From NCBI RefSeq assembly GCF_018350175.1, contig NC_058372.1:42098001-42162000 (forward strand): a stretch of 64,000 nt of DNA, given 5' to 3'. The notes beneath the pieces are model-generated. The model was not told the origin of the DNA and did no database searches. It worked only from the letters and a program-made list of their open reading frames with translations. This DNA is from Felis catus. Taxonomy: Eukaryota. Made by a program: the position numbers and the translations under genes. Numbering within the stretch: the stretch's first letter is position 1; each line of letters begins with the position of its first letter. This document shows, in pieces, positions 27,907 to 45,220 of this stretch.

Positions 27907-30900
27907 TCAGTCGGCACACAGCAGTGGCTTCCCAGAGATCTTCAGGTCATCAAAGGGCAAAAGAGCCAAGGGCTGAGAAAGAGAATGGAGAGAAGCAAAA
28001 TCAGGGCCCATGGGGAAAAAGCGGCAGTGGAGGAAGGGAGCTGGGGAGACAGATTGGACCATTTCTCCTCCACCAAATGACAACTCAAGGACATTGGGGA
28101 ACAAATCTTCCCACTAATCCCCAACATAGCAGCCCCTCTGGGCTAGGCAGAGCCCTGAAGCCTTAGGCAAGCCCTGACTCTCTAAGATATCAGAATATCA
28201 GAGCTCCCACCCTGGAGGTGATCTAGCCCATGCGTCTGTTTTTTTGTTTTTTTGTTTTTTTGGCGGGGGGTGGGGGGCAGGGGTGTGGGGGTACTTAGAA
28301 AACATTTTGAATATTTTTTTAAGTAAGCTGTAGGCCCAGTGTGGGGCTTGAACCCACAACCCTGAGATCAAGAGTTGTATGCTCTACTGACTGAGCCAGC
28401 CAGGAGCCCCAGAGTTTTTTACTTTGAACATTTTTAAAATGGGAAGGACACTATAGGAAATCTAGGTTCCATCTTTCTTCAAAAAATTCCAAGACCTGGC
28501 AACACTGGGCCCACATTCTTCCTCTGCAACTATCTGCTGAAGCTGAGTAGAGTGACCCTTGGGCATTGACTCTGGTCCCTCACAGGCCCCATCACCTTGC
28601 CTTACACCTATCCTGTCTCACCCATCCACCGTAGCTGCAGGGCTCCTGTTAGAGTCCAAGTTTGGGCTCCCTGGTCTGGACCAACTAAAAAAACAGAGGG
28701 GCAGAGGCTTGCCCAAGGTCCCACAGTTGGTGAGTGGCAGAGTCGTGGATTACTCCCGGGGATCCTGACTCTTTGGCCCTTTCAGCCATTATGGTGCCCG
28801 TCTCTGCTCTAGGTGCGGGAGGTCCTGGAGAGCAGAGCTGAGCCTATGCCTCTTACGTCCTCAGCCAGGTCCTGGGGAGTCTCGTCTTCCACGTTCCGCA
28901 GCAGGGAGTCGGCACCTGCCTCGCACAGAGTGGATGAGATGCTGCTGAGGCCCCGACCTGCCGCAAGGTGCAGGGGTGTGCACCCGTTGAGCATGCGGGC
29001 GTCTACGCGTGCGCCAGCCTGGAGCAGGAACTGCACCAGACCCCGCTCCTGGGTCTCCACAGCCAGGTGCAGGGCTGTTTTCCCACTGGTGCCCTCCTGG
29101 AGGAGAAGAAGGATGTCAGCCAAGGCCCTCGAGAAGAATCGTGCTGGGCCTGGGCCCTGGATAAGGAGGTGAGTGCCACCACTGCTGACTGCTAGGCAGG
29201 GGACTTGGGGCTGGATCAGGCGGTGGGGCAGGCCCTGGGCCGGGCCCCGATTGGTCCTCTCACCTGTGTGTCAATGTCAGCTCCGTTCTGCAGCAGCAGT
29301 TCCATGAGTGGCCGGTTCCTCTGCAGGGTGGCGATGTGGAGACAGGCCAGACCTGGGATGGGGTGAGGGTGGGGGCTGCTAATCAGCATCCACCAACTCT
29401 CTCCCTCCCTCTCTTCAGGGACCTCCCTACCCCTCAGCCCCAAGGGACTCGCTGCCCACTCAATGCCTCTGATCACAGGAGTGTTAAAACACAAACCCAA
29501 AAACCCCCTCAAAAGTCTGAGGGGAAAGGAACTCAAAGTTTCCACCTTTTCAGAGTCATGTTATTGAAACTTTCATGCTTCAGGGGTCAGGTTGCTGAGT
29601 GACACCCCACATAGGTGTGCCCTCCCCCAGCACACATTCCCCTCCCCCTTCCCCCTCTCCCCGCCCGCCCCCCCCCCCCCCATCTCTAACTCTACCTGCC
29701 TTGAAGCCCCATCCAAAAGCCACCTTCTTCAGAGCTCTCCAGGAGCCTCAGGCCCCAGCCACCCCTCCCCCCCACCCGCCCCGGGGGGGGGGGGGGGCCT
29801 GTCCTGCCCTGTGCTTCCTTAGCCTTCTTGCTACCCGCTTTCTGGCGTGGAACCACTCCCCCCACCCCCACCCCCGCCTACAGAACTTGATTCAAAGTGA
29901 CATCCCTCGCCTCCTTCAAGTCTCTGCTCAAAGGCTGCTGCTCCTTGAGGGTTTCCCTGGTCACTCTCTTTAAAAACCACACCCGCCCCATCCCTCACAT
30001 TCTAGTTCTCACTCTGCTCTACTTTTCCCACAGCACTTACAGCTTGGTAACCTACTAGAGAACTCACTTCTTATATTTAGTGTCTGCCTCGATCGCTCCC
30101 CAGCTCCTGGAATAATGTCTGGCACACACAAGGCCCCCAGTACATTTTTGTTGCATGAATTCACGAGTTCGTCTAATCTCTGTTAAACTAAATATCTTGA
30201 GGGCAAGGTTTAGCTCTCGGTTTAGCTCACGGTAGGCTCTCATTAAATTCTAAATCAAGTTCATTCATTCATTCGTTCGTTACTTCAGCAAAAAGGGACT
30301 GAGTACCTGCTGACTTAAAACTGGAGGTGCATTGACAGACAAGCTATGAACCTCCTTTTCCTGACAGTGGGGTCCATCTCTTGTCCCCTCCTCATCCCAC
30401 AGGCCCTGAGGCTGCCCATACCTTGCCAGTTTTGCAGCTGGAGGTCCAGGGAGTGAGGTGGTCCTCGGCCCGGCTCTGGCCGCCCCTCCAGCAGGCAGCG
30501 GGCACAGGCCAAGTGCTGGCGCTGGCAGGCCACATGCAGGGCCGTGTCACCGTGTCTATCCTGTAGCACCCGACTGGCCCCCTTCAGCACCAGGGCCCGA
30601 ACTGCACCCGGCTGGTCCAGATGTACAGCCAGATGGAGTGCTGTCTGTAGGCACAAAGGGTCCAGGACTACTGTAGCATGCTCCCACCTCTGGGGACGTG
30701 CTAGGGTGGACACAGGAATTACCAGCTGCCAGCACCTTTTTTGAGGGCAGCTTATAAAGGCTATGGCCCTGGTCTTCCAAGGAAACGCGACCAAACCCTT
30801 CCCTCTGTCACTGCCCACCACCCCAGTTCTGGAGGCAGGGTGAGGAAAGTGGGCCCCTGCTCTTCTTAGAGGTCCCCTCAGCCCCTGGAGAAAGGACAGT

Positions 30901-33900
30901 TGGGGGCAGGGAAGACCTCTGTTATCCTTGGGGGCCAAGTGACAAGGACGGGCTGGAGGGAGGAAAGACAGAGGCACCAGGCAGGCAGTCTCAACCTGGC
31001 ACACTCCTCTTTTAAGGCTCCATGCAGATGCCGCCTCCTGTATTAATGCTCCCCACAGACGCTGGGTCCCACAGCAGCTGGGGTCACAACTCTGGTCACC
31101 ATGCTATGAAATCAGGAGTCCCCTAGCCCAGGCTCCAGCACCTTGTGGGCAGAGGCGTGTCTTACTTGCGTGTAGCATCAGCTTCTGTCCCAGGGTCTGG
31201 GATGTGGTTTCCTGAGTGCACAGCCCAAGTACCCTCGTGTGGCTGCTGGGAATGGCTGTCAGAGCAGATATAGGTATCTGGGCATAGCCCAGCCTCTCCC
31301 CCCACCCACCTGGTAAAGGTTGTTCTGAATGTCCAGGACTTCCTGGGGCAGCAAAGCCAGGCAACAGAGCAGCACGGCTGGGGCCTCGTGAATCACCGCC
31401 AAGTGGACCAGCCTGGGAGAGGGAGACCAGGAACAGGGTTTAAGTGTTAGGGCTCAGGCCAGAGACAGTGAGCTAGGGTCCTGGGGTTAGAAGGAAGAAC
31501 ACATCAATCTCTAAGAAGACACACATAGGGTCGGTGTAGGAAGTGAGAGTTTGGGCCAGGAAGTGAGGGTTGGTGAGGGAAGCCAGGATCCGGCGGGTGG
31601 GAGTTCCAAGTTCCCATCTCTGGCCTTCAGGGGGGCCTTGGCTGAGTGGGAGCGTGGGCAGGGTGCTGATGGGACAAGGTCCTTCCTGTTCAGCCTGCCC
31701 ACGCCCCACTCCCCTCTGGCCCCAGGGCCCCACCGGGCCGGCTGCAGCTCAAAGCCAAACTGAAAGCTGCCGGGGTAGCACAGAGGTGGTTTCCGGGGCT
31801 GAGCTCCCCACGTCTGCCAACCCCAACAGGGAGGACTGAGAGGGCAGGAGCGGGGTCACCCCCACTCGGGGCAACTCAGTGGTACACATTCCAACGGAGA
31901 GAACACAGAAGCTCGTGGAAGAGGGGACAGCGCGGCATCCTGTCCTGCTGCCCTTTCACAGGGGGATCAAGAGGGTCACTCGTCAGACAGCACAGACTGG
32001 GTGGGGCCTGACCAGAGGCCCTCCACTCCGAGGACACTTCCAAGGGGAGGTCTGGGCAGTGCAGAAAGTGTGTGTTTGTTGGGGGCCAAAGAGCCTTAAT
32101 CTCTTGCTCAGGTGGGAGGGGGCAGTTGGGAGGGGAAGTTCCAGTCCTGGGGTTTCCCCACATCAGGTGGGGAAAGCGAAAGCCAGAGCTGGAAGGTCTA
32201 GGCCCTGACAGCTGCCTTGGGGCATGAAGTGCCTTGGGGGGGTAGTTTGGGTAAAGGCCTGTCTGGGCTGGGGAGGGGGCTGCTCAGGCAGAAGGGGGGC
32301 AGGCTCAGTGGCGGGGCGGCAGGAGAGGCCCAGGAGAGAGTGACTGAGGGAGGGAGGGAGGAACCGCTCTGGAAATCCCCTCGGCCAGGGCCTGTTCTCT
32401 AGGTCACATTCCTGCAGCCACCTCCCTCTCTCCCTGTCTCCCCTCCTCCCACTTCCTCTCCCCACTTCCATAAGTCCTATAAGCCGGACACCTCTGAGGG
32501 AAGACAGTGCCCCCTCCTCTCTAAGGACCTCCTGGGGAGTCCTGACACACGGCTTCTCCACCGCCCCTAACCCCACAGTCTAGACACGACACCTGTCTTT
32601 AACCAGAGCCGGGTAAAGGCTTCTGCTGAGAGGCTGACAAAGGACGGCAGTGCCAGAAGTCACCACTCCCTAGGTCAAAGGTCAGCCAGAGGTATTCCAC
32701 ATGGAACCCCCAAATTCTTGGTTCTGGGCCTGAGGGTTGGTGATCTGGGCGGGATACCAAAAGGCCTGAGGTCATTCCTCTCCCACTCCCTGGGTCCAAA
32801 CGCTATCTTTGTCAAAGGCCACCCAGGATTAGGACCCTCCCATCTCCTCCAAAAAGCAGGTCAAGACAGACACCTGCTGCCTCCTCTACCCTCCCCACCC
32901 CCATTCATTCCAGCATCCCCAGTCTGGGACCCCAGCCCACTCCACTCTGTTCCTCATCCACAAATCCCAGCCACCCCCTCTCTTGACAGTGTTTCTTCTT
33001 CCTAAGGGACAAATCCTCAACTGGCCAGTCCCTCCCACCCAAACTACTTCTTACTTCAACTCCCTGCCCCCCCCCCCCCCCCCCCGCCCAGTCCCCACCA
33101 AGCTCCACCTGGGCCTGGGGCAGGAAGGGTAAAGTAAAGGGGTCAGACAGGACAGTGAGGGGGACTTGGAGGGCTCAGGAGGTAGGGGTGCCGGTAAAGC
33201 TGACTCCAGCCCTCACTTCCCCTTTCACAGCAGAGAAGGAAGTAAGCTGGGCAGCCAGCCGCCTGTCTGTCTGATGGGGCAAGAGTGCTCCAGCCTGGCT
33301 CACCCCCTCTTCCTCAGGGCTAGCCTCAGCTCTGCACCCTGCCAGCACCTCCATCCTTAGCTTCCTGACCCCTCCTGGCAACCTGTAACTGGCATCTTTT
33401 GTTCCCCGAGACGGGGCATTCTGAGGTCAGGGGCTGGGAATCCCAGATATTGAGCAAACAAGGATACCTACCCTCTTCCCCAGCAAGGAAAAAAAAACCC
33501 TAAAAATCTGGACTGGTCAGGGGAATTTTCTCTTCCAAGGGGTGGGTTATTGGTAGCTTTCCGAGCTGCTAGCTGGGTTCCAGGTGTCTGGTAAGGGCCC
33601 TACCAGCTCTGCCCACCTCCCAAAGGGAGTGCAGGGAAATGATGCTGGGGCCTCTGGTCTGGGTCCCTCCAGAGCTAAAAAGTGGGCTAAGAGTGAAGTC
33701 TGGAGTTTGGAAGAGTGGGGACGGCCCCTTCCAGCGCGGGTGTCTTGAGGGATCCTCACAGAGTGGGTTCCCGGCCTGTTGAGGCTCCTGGCAGGCCCAG
33801 AGTTGGCATCGATTGGAAGGGGTCCCTGTCTCAGCTTAGACCCCAGACTCACGTGTCTCCATCCTCCGAGATGTAAGTGAGTGCTTCCAGCTGCTGAGGG

Positions 33901-34220
33901 CTCAGCGCTCCCGCTGCGGGGAGCGGGGAGCGTGGGGCTGGGTCCTCGGTCTCCGTGCCTCCCAACAAGGGCAGGGGCTCAGTGAGCGACGAGGAGCCAT
34001 AGGTGGAGTCAGCTCGCTCCCCATCTGTATCTTCCTTCTCCTGTGGCTCCTTGGCTGTTCCCGGAGGATGGGTCCAAGGCTGGGGGCCGCCACTGTCCGA
34101 AGGTCCGGAGGCCGGGGCCGGGGTGGGCTCGGGCAGGGAGCGCAGAGAACGCAGAGACTCGATGCCCGAGTCGTACTGGCTCTCATCCGTCTCGTCCGGC
34201 CCCTTGCGCGCCTCCGACAT
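27907..34220 (-). CDS. NFKBIE: NF-kappa-B inhibitor epsilon (IkB-epsilon), 362 aa
   Basis: Minus-strand exons 34220-33853, 31412-31310, 30644-30422, 29352-29264, 29096-28857, 27972-27907; total 1089 nt. MSEARKGPDE...YDSGIES degron, ankyrin repeats (DGDTLVHLAVIH, TALHLAVH, GDTALHVAC, GKTALHLAVE, GCTPLHLAAG), ends PFDDLKISGKPLLCAD*. Confidence 0.98.
32133..32380. promoter_or_regulatory. NFKBIE: Cluster of NF-kB sites in NFKBIE intron 1
   Basis: GGGAAGTTCC 32133-32142, GGGGTTTCCC 32149-32158, GGAAATCCCC 32371-32380 (GGGGATTTCC on the minus strand). Confidence 0.65.
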
Positions 34221-34449
34221 GCCCGCGGTGCCGGCCCACGGGGGCCAGGTCCGAGCAGGATCCGGCTCCGGGCTCCGCCGCGCCGCCTTTCCGGGTTGCA
34301 GGTCCGCCTTGCGGAGCTGGCGCCCGGCCCGGAGTGGCGTTCTTCCCGGGCTGCGGGGGCCCGAGGGGTCGGCGAGAAGCGCGGGCGAGGCTCGGAGCGC
34401 TGGCGGGTTCCAAGGCAGCGGCTACTCCGAGCAGCTGGACTGCCCAGTC

Positions 34450-34600
34450 GGACGCGCTCTCTCGCCCCGCCCCTCCTGCCCCGCCCCCGACCGACGCTTC
34501 CGGACCGAGGCCCCGCCCTCCGGAATCCCCCTTACCCCGCCTTCTGCGTTGGCTCCGAGTCAGGGGTTACCCGGTCCTGAGTCACTCGTGCGTTAATTCA
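34450..34600 (-). promoter_or_regulatory. NFKBIE: NFKBIE promoter (CpG island, GC boxes, kB site, AP-1)
   Basis: GGAATCCCCC 34522-34531 (perfect GGGRNWYYCC on the minus strand), GGGGTTACCC 34563-34572, TGAGTCA 34578-34584, several CCCCGCCC. Confidence 0.7.
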
Positions 34601-35089
34601 CCTATTCATTCATTCATTCACCCATCCATCCTTCCATCCATTCACATTTTCCCCCGTCCTTCTTTTTTTCATTCATTAATTCCATGCATTTTCTTTCCTT
34701 CCTTCCCTTCTTCCATTTCTTCATTCATTTTTTCCATTCATTCATTCATTCATTCGTTTGTTTTTAAAGGAATATTTATTAACCGTCTGCACAGGCTGAG
34801 CTGAGCGTCTTGCAGGGAAAGCACGTAGGTGATGGGACGGGGAGCCATTGCTTCCTATCTCCTGCCCATTTCTCTCAATTTCTCTGTTTTTCTCATCTAT
34901 CAGTGCCCAGGAGTTTGGGTAGGGAAAGATAAGATACCTATTGTCTGTAAAGAAGCGGTTTTCCCTTTGGGTCCTGGATAGAGGGTCTCCTGTGTCAAAC
35001 TTCCAGATCACATAGAATTGGGCATGAGGACGGATTTTTAATTTGTGTTCTTTTTTGAAAGTAGGTTTTCCCAGGCAGGCCCTTGTCTT

Positions 35090-35130
35090 AAAACAAAACA
35101 AAACAAAACAAAACAAAACAAAACAAAACA
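35090..35130. repeat. (AAAAC)n microsatellite
   Basis: About 8 tandem AAAAC units. Confidence 0.9.
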
Positions 35131-35707
35131 GGCAGAGTGGTCATGTTTTTTGTTTGTTGTCTAAAAAAGCAGAGTGGTCATTCTTCACAGGGATGAAACA
35201 CTGGCTCTGGGTAGTTACAACATCTGGTTACCCCCAGCAGGCAGGGAAGTTTAGTTCCTCCTGGTGGGGCCAGGATGGGGAGGTCCCAGACATGCTGGGC
35301 CATGCTCTGCTGAGGTCCCCACCACAGCCACAGCCCTAATGCCAGCACATCTTTCCTCCTTCCCTGTCCCTGCTTTCCCTGGGTCTAAAGGGCCCAGGGA
35401 GGTTGTAGGCATACTCCACCCACACAGTGAGCCCCAAACTAGTGCCCCATGATTCATCCCCTACCCCAAGTGCCAAAACCTAGGGCAACAGTGACTTTAG
35501 ATCATCCCCAAGGGAACATCTCCCTATTCCATCTCTAGCATTGGTGGAAGGAAGCTGGAGTGAGTGTAGACAGCTACTAACCAGCTCTCCTACTGCCCTC
35601 CTCCGTGCAACAGCATTTTAACCATCTATCTGACAGACATGTATGGGGCTTCTCCTATATGCCTGACACTGGTATTTCTTTTTTTTTTTTTAATTTATTT
35701 TTAAAGC

Positions 35708-35738
<31 letters not shown>

Positions 35739-37543
35739 TGTATTTATTTGGAGAATGATCATGCCCTGAGCTGAAATCAAGAGTCAGATGCTTAACTGAC
35801 TGAGCCATCCAGGCTCCCCTGACATTGGTTTTTCTGCTGGAAGCAAAAGCAAGTATCAATAGTAATAGTAATAACCAACAACCACTAACCCCACCTCACC
35901 CCAAAATGTCCCATGGCCCTAGCCTTCACAAATCTCCCTGACAATTACAATACAGACTGATTGTGCTAAGACAGGAGTGAGCACAGGGTGCTGTGGGGCC
36001 ATGGAGTGGGGTCAACTACACAGTGGGGTGAGGGGAAGGGAGGGTTTCATCTGACCTGGAAATGGGAAGGGAAGAGGGCTGGGGAGAAGAGAAGTACCTA
36101 GTGTGTGTGCTTGGAGGGGGGGCAGTGAGTAAAGAGAAGATAGTGGATGGACAGACAGGAGGAGATGACCCACTGCTGTTCCTCCCCGTGGAGGACCAGA
36201 GTGGAGAGGATGTGTTGAGCATGAGGCAGTGAGACGCCATGAGGGGAAAGCCCAAGGAAATTGAGGCATCTCCTTCCCTTGAGGTCAGCGTGTTTCAGAT
36301 GTTCTCAACTTCCTCCCCTGACATGTTCCTCTCTCCTCCTCAAAGGCTGGAGCAAAAAATACAGTCATAAACTCCAGACCCAGACGACTTGGGCTCAAAA
36401 TCTGGCACGATCGCACCCCCATCTTAAAGTTGGGAAGCTGAAACCCAGAGGGGTGAGTTGACCTGCCAAAAATCAGAAAAGGCAGAGCACGGCTCTCCTG
36501 CCCCTAATCCAAAACTTTGAAAAAAAATTTCAGTGAAACTTTCTTTCTTTTATTATGAAGGTCTAAGGAATTGGGGCATCTGAACCTTCAGCAAGGACAC
36601 AGAAACTCAGGAAGATGCAGTGACTGCTCCTTGCATTCATACGGAGGCTGAATTTAAGGAAAAACCTATGCCAATTCAGTCCCGGGTCTCGCTCTGAACC
36701 AGAACAGGTGTGTAGCTGCCCCTTTTCTAGCCACGTGGGGGCAGCATTGAGTCACGCACTGCTTCCAGCACCTAGCCTGCACTTTGACAGGAAGCCCTTA
36801 GGGGGACACTTCAGGAAAGGGGACAGGGACCATACAGTTTCATTGGGAAAGATGACATGAGGACTCTGACTCAGGCCTCAACGTGGTCAGGGCCCTGACT
36901 TTGCTTCCTCACCTCAGCCCCTCCAGTCCTCTTCTCTCTCTGCCGTTTTTTTCTGGTTCCCTTTGTAGTGCCCCACTCCCAGCCTCCACCCACCCCAGTC
37001 AAGCTCATCTTCAGAAAACAGGCCCAGTTGCCATGGTGACCAGCTGGTCAGCTGGCTCCTTCCACACCCCCTCCCTTCACCCCTCTTTCCCCCGAGCTTC
37101 CAAGGAAGGGTTATGTGTGTGAATGGAGAAGGGGAGTTGTTGGGGGGCTTTTATCTTGGGAGCTCCGGGGTTGGCCAAAAGGAGTTGGGCTAGCTCTCCT
37201 CCAAAGCCCCCTGAGGGGGAGAAGGGGAGGCAGTAGGGGTGGGGAACAGGAGGAAGATTATAACAACTAAATGGAGAGTGTGAGGATCCCATCTGGGTTG
37301 GGAAAGGGCAGGGTTAGGAACTCTGCACTCCGTCTGCAGTGAGGACTGAACTAAATGGAATGGGCTGAAGTAAGATGAGGGGTTGGAGTTAGATGTGAGG
37401 CAGGACTTCCCACAAAGCATGAGTGAGAGACCCTGGAGTGAGCCACCAAGTGAGAGGGCTCTTCAGGACCACACCCTTCCTCTGTTTGGGTAGGGAGGAA
37501 GGACTCACTGACTACTGGAGGATCGTGCAGGCTGGATAGTTCT

Positions 37544-37772
37544 TTTTTTTTTTTCTTTTTTAAATTTTTTTTTTCAACGTTTATTTATTTTTGGGACAGA
37601 GAGAGAGCATGAACGGGGAGGGGCAGAGAGAGAGGGAGACACAGAATCGGAAACAGGCTCCAGGCTCTGAGCCATCAGCCCAGAGCCCGACGCGGGGATC
37701 GAACTCCCGGACCGCGAGATCGTGACCTGGCTGAAGTCGGACGCTTAACCGACTGCGCCACCCAGGCGCCCC
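37544..37772 (-). mobile_element. Young feline SINEC_Fc-type CanSINE with 16-bp TSD
   Basis: TSD CAGGCTGGATAGTTCT at 37528-37543 and 37773-37788; CpG-rich intact body. Confidence 0.93.
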
Positions 37773-38237
37773 CAGGCTGGATAGTTCTGAAGCAAGAGGC
37801 AGACAGCCGACCATCCACCTTCACCTCGCCTGGAAAGAGAAGAGTAGGAAAATGGAGGCAGGACCAGGAGTGGGGGTGGAGGCAGTGGCTAACCTGCCTC
37901 AGATGAGGGGCAGGACCATCCCAGCAGATCAGTACGCTTGTCCCCTATCCCCAAAGACCAGATTATCCCAAGCTTTGCCTTAAACTAACTTCCTACTCAC
38001 AAACATCTGCATGGCCTTTGGAATGAGAAAGATCTGGATTCTAGGATTAGTTCTGTGAGTACCAGCAGGTGACCTTGAATAAGTCAGTTACCCTCCCTCT
38101 ACCTTGGTTTCTTGTGGGTAAATGGGGGAACAGTTAATATATATATATGTCAAAGACTCTAATGTAACACATGGCCAGCAGTAGGATTCCACAGTGACTG
38201 TGCACACACAGATTGAATATGTGTAGCCTTTATACTA

Positions 38238-38286
38238 CTTTTTTGATGTTTATTCTTTTTGAGAGACAGTGAGTGGGGGGACGGGG

Positions 38287-38333
<47 letters not shown>

Positions 38334-38881
38334 ATCCCAAGTAGGCTCTGAGCTGTCAGCCCAGAACCTGATGGGGGGCTTGAACCCACAAACAGGGAGA
38401 TCATGACCTGAGCCCAAATCCAGAGTCAGACACTTAACCGACTGTGCCACTCAGGCACCCCTATTCTATTTTTTTTTAAAGATTAAAAAAAATTATTTTA
38501 GAGAGTGTGGGGAAGTGGAGGGGGGAAGGAGCAGAGGGAGGAAGAGAGAGAATCTTTTTAAAAAAAATGTTTGTTTGTTTATTTATTTTGAGACAGCAGG
38601 GAAGGGGCAGAGAGAATTCCAAGCAGGCTCCACGCTGTCAGCACAGAACCTGATGTGGGGGGGAAAACTCACCAACCATGAGATCATGACCTGAGCCGAA
38701 ATCAAGAGTTGGATGCTCAACCAACTGAGCCACCCAGGCGCCCCAGAGAGACAAAATCTTAACAGGCTCCATGCTCCGCATAGAGCCTGATTTGGGGCTT
38801 CATCCCACAACACTAGGATCATGACCTGAGCTGAAATCAAGAGTCAGATGCTCAACTGACTGAGCCACCCAGGTGCCCCCC
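38238..38881 (-). mobile_element. Cluster of three CanSINEs, one nested within another
   Basis: Three reverse heads (...ggcacccc 38461, ...ggcgcccc 38744, ...ggtgcccc 38880). The copy at ~38556-38744 splits the body of the copy spanning ~38470-38880. Confidence 0.8.
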
Positions 38882-40003
38882 CATTATACTATTTTATCAT
38901 AATGATTGGTCCCCATCCCCAATTAGACTTTGTATTCTTTGAGGGTAGAATATTGTATGTTTCATTTCTGAACAGGGTACTCAGTAGAGACCTAATATCT
39001 GTTTATTGCATGGATGCATCCAGGAATGAATGAATGTCAGTTTTCTTTCTGCCTGTCCTAAGCAGTACAGAGGAGCAGTGTGGGTAGATGGCGGGAAAGG
39101 GTAGGTTACTCACAGCCCAGCTTGGGGTATGATTATGCCTCCTACACCCACAGAAGAAGGTCAAAGCCGTAGAGATTGTCCAGTTAACTTTTTCGATGCA
39201 CAGATGAGGAAACTGTGGCTTGAAGAGCGGAAGGCACTTGCACAAGGTCACACAACCCCTCAACGGCAGAGCCAGGATTAAAAATTAGAACTCAGGTTTC
39301 CTGGTCTCCAGCCTAGGGTAATGCACACACTTCATTCTTCTTTGGGGCTGTTCTTCTAAGGAAGGAAAATGGCTTTGGGAAGGCTGGTTCCAATGTCCTC
39401 CCCTCTGCCCTCTGTTAGTCCTTTCTCGTATCTAGCTTCAATTCTTACCCTAGTCCATCTCTGTTCAGTTGGGTCAGGCGTCTGAAGGCTGGCTCCTGTC
39501 TTAACCCGTTACCACCCAACTGGGAGTAAGGATCTTCCCTAGGGTTCCAAGGCTCAATTTCCTCTCCCCACCCTCTGCCCCAGGAACTTGCGGGAACCAA
39601 GGATGGGGAGGGATGTTGGCTGAACCGCTGGCGCCCCCTCCACGATGAAGGGACAGAGAAGTGTTGCTGCACAGATCTTCCCAGGATGGGGCGGGAGGAA
39701 GGGGTGCGGTGAGCAGGGCTGGGAGTGGGGAAGGGGTGCAGGAAGCCCCTGTTGCTTCTCCTCTTTGGGGGGTGGTTATTAGGTAGGCTTGCGGAAGGCG
39801 GAGTTTGGGGGGCCGGGGGCGGGGCTCCTGNNNNNNNNNNNNNNNNNNNNNNNNNNNNNNNNNNNNNNNNNNNNNNNNNNNNNNNNNNNNNNNNNNNNNN
39901 NNNNNNNNNNNNNNNNNNNNNNNNNNNNNNNNNNNNNNNNNNNNNNNNNNNNNNNNNNNNNNNNNNNNNNNNNNNNNNNNNNNNNNNNNNNNNCAGCCCC
40001 TAG

Positions 40004-45220
<5,217 letters not shown>

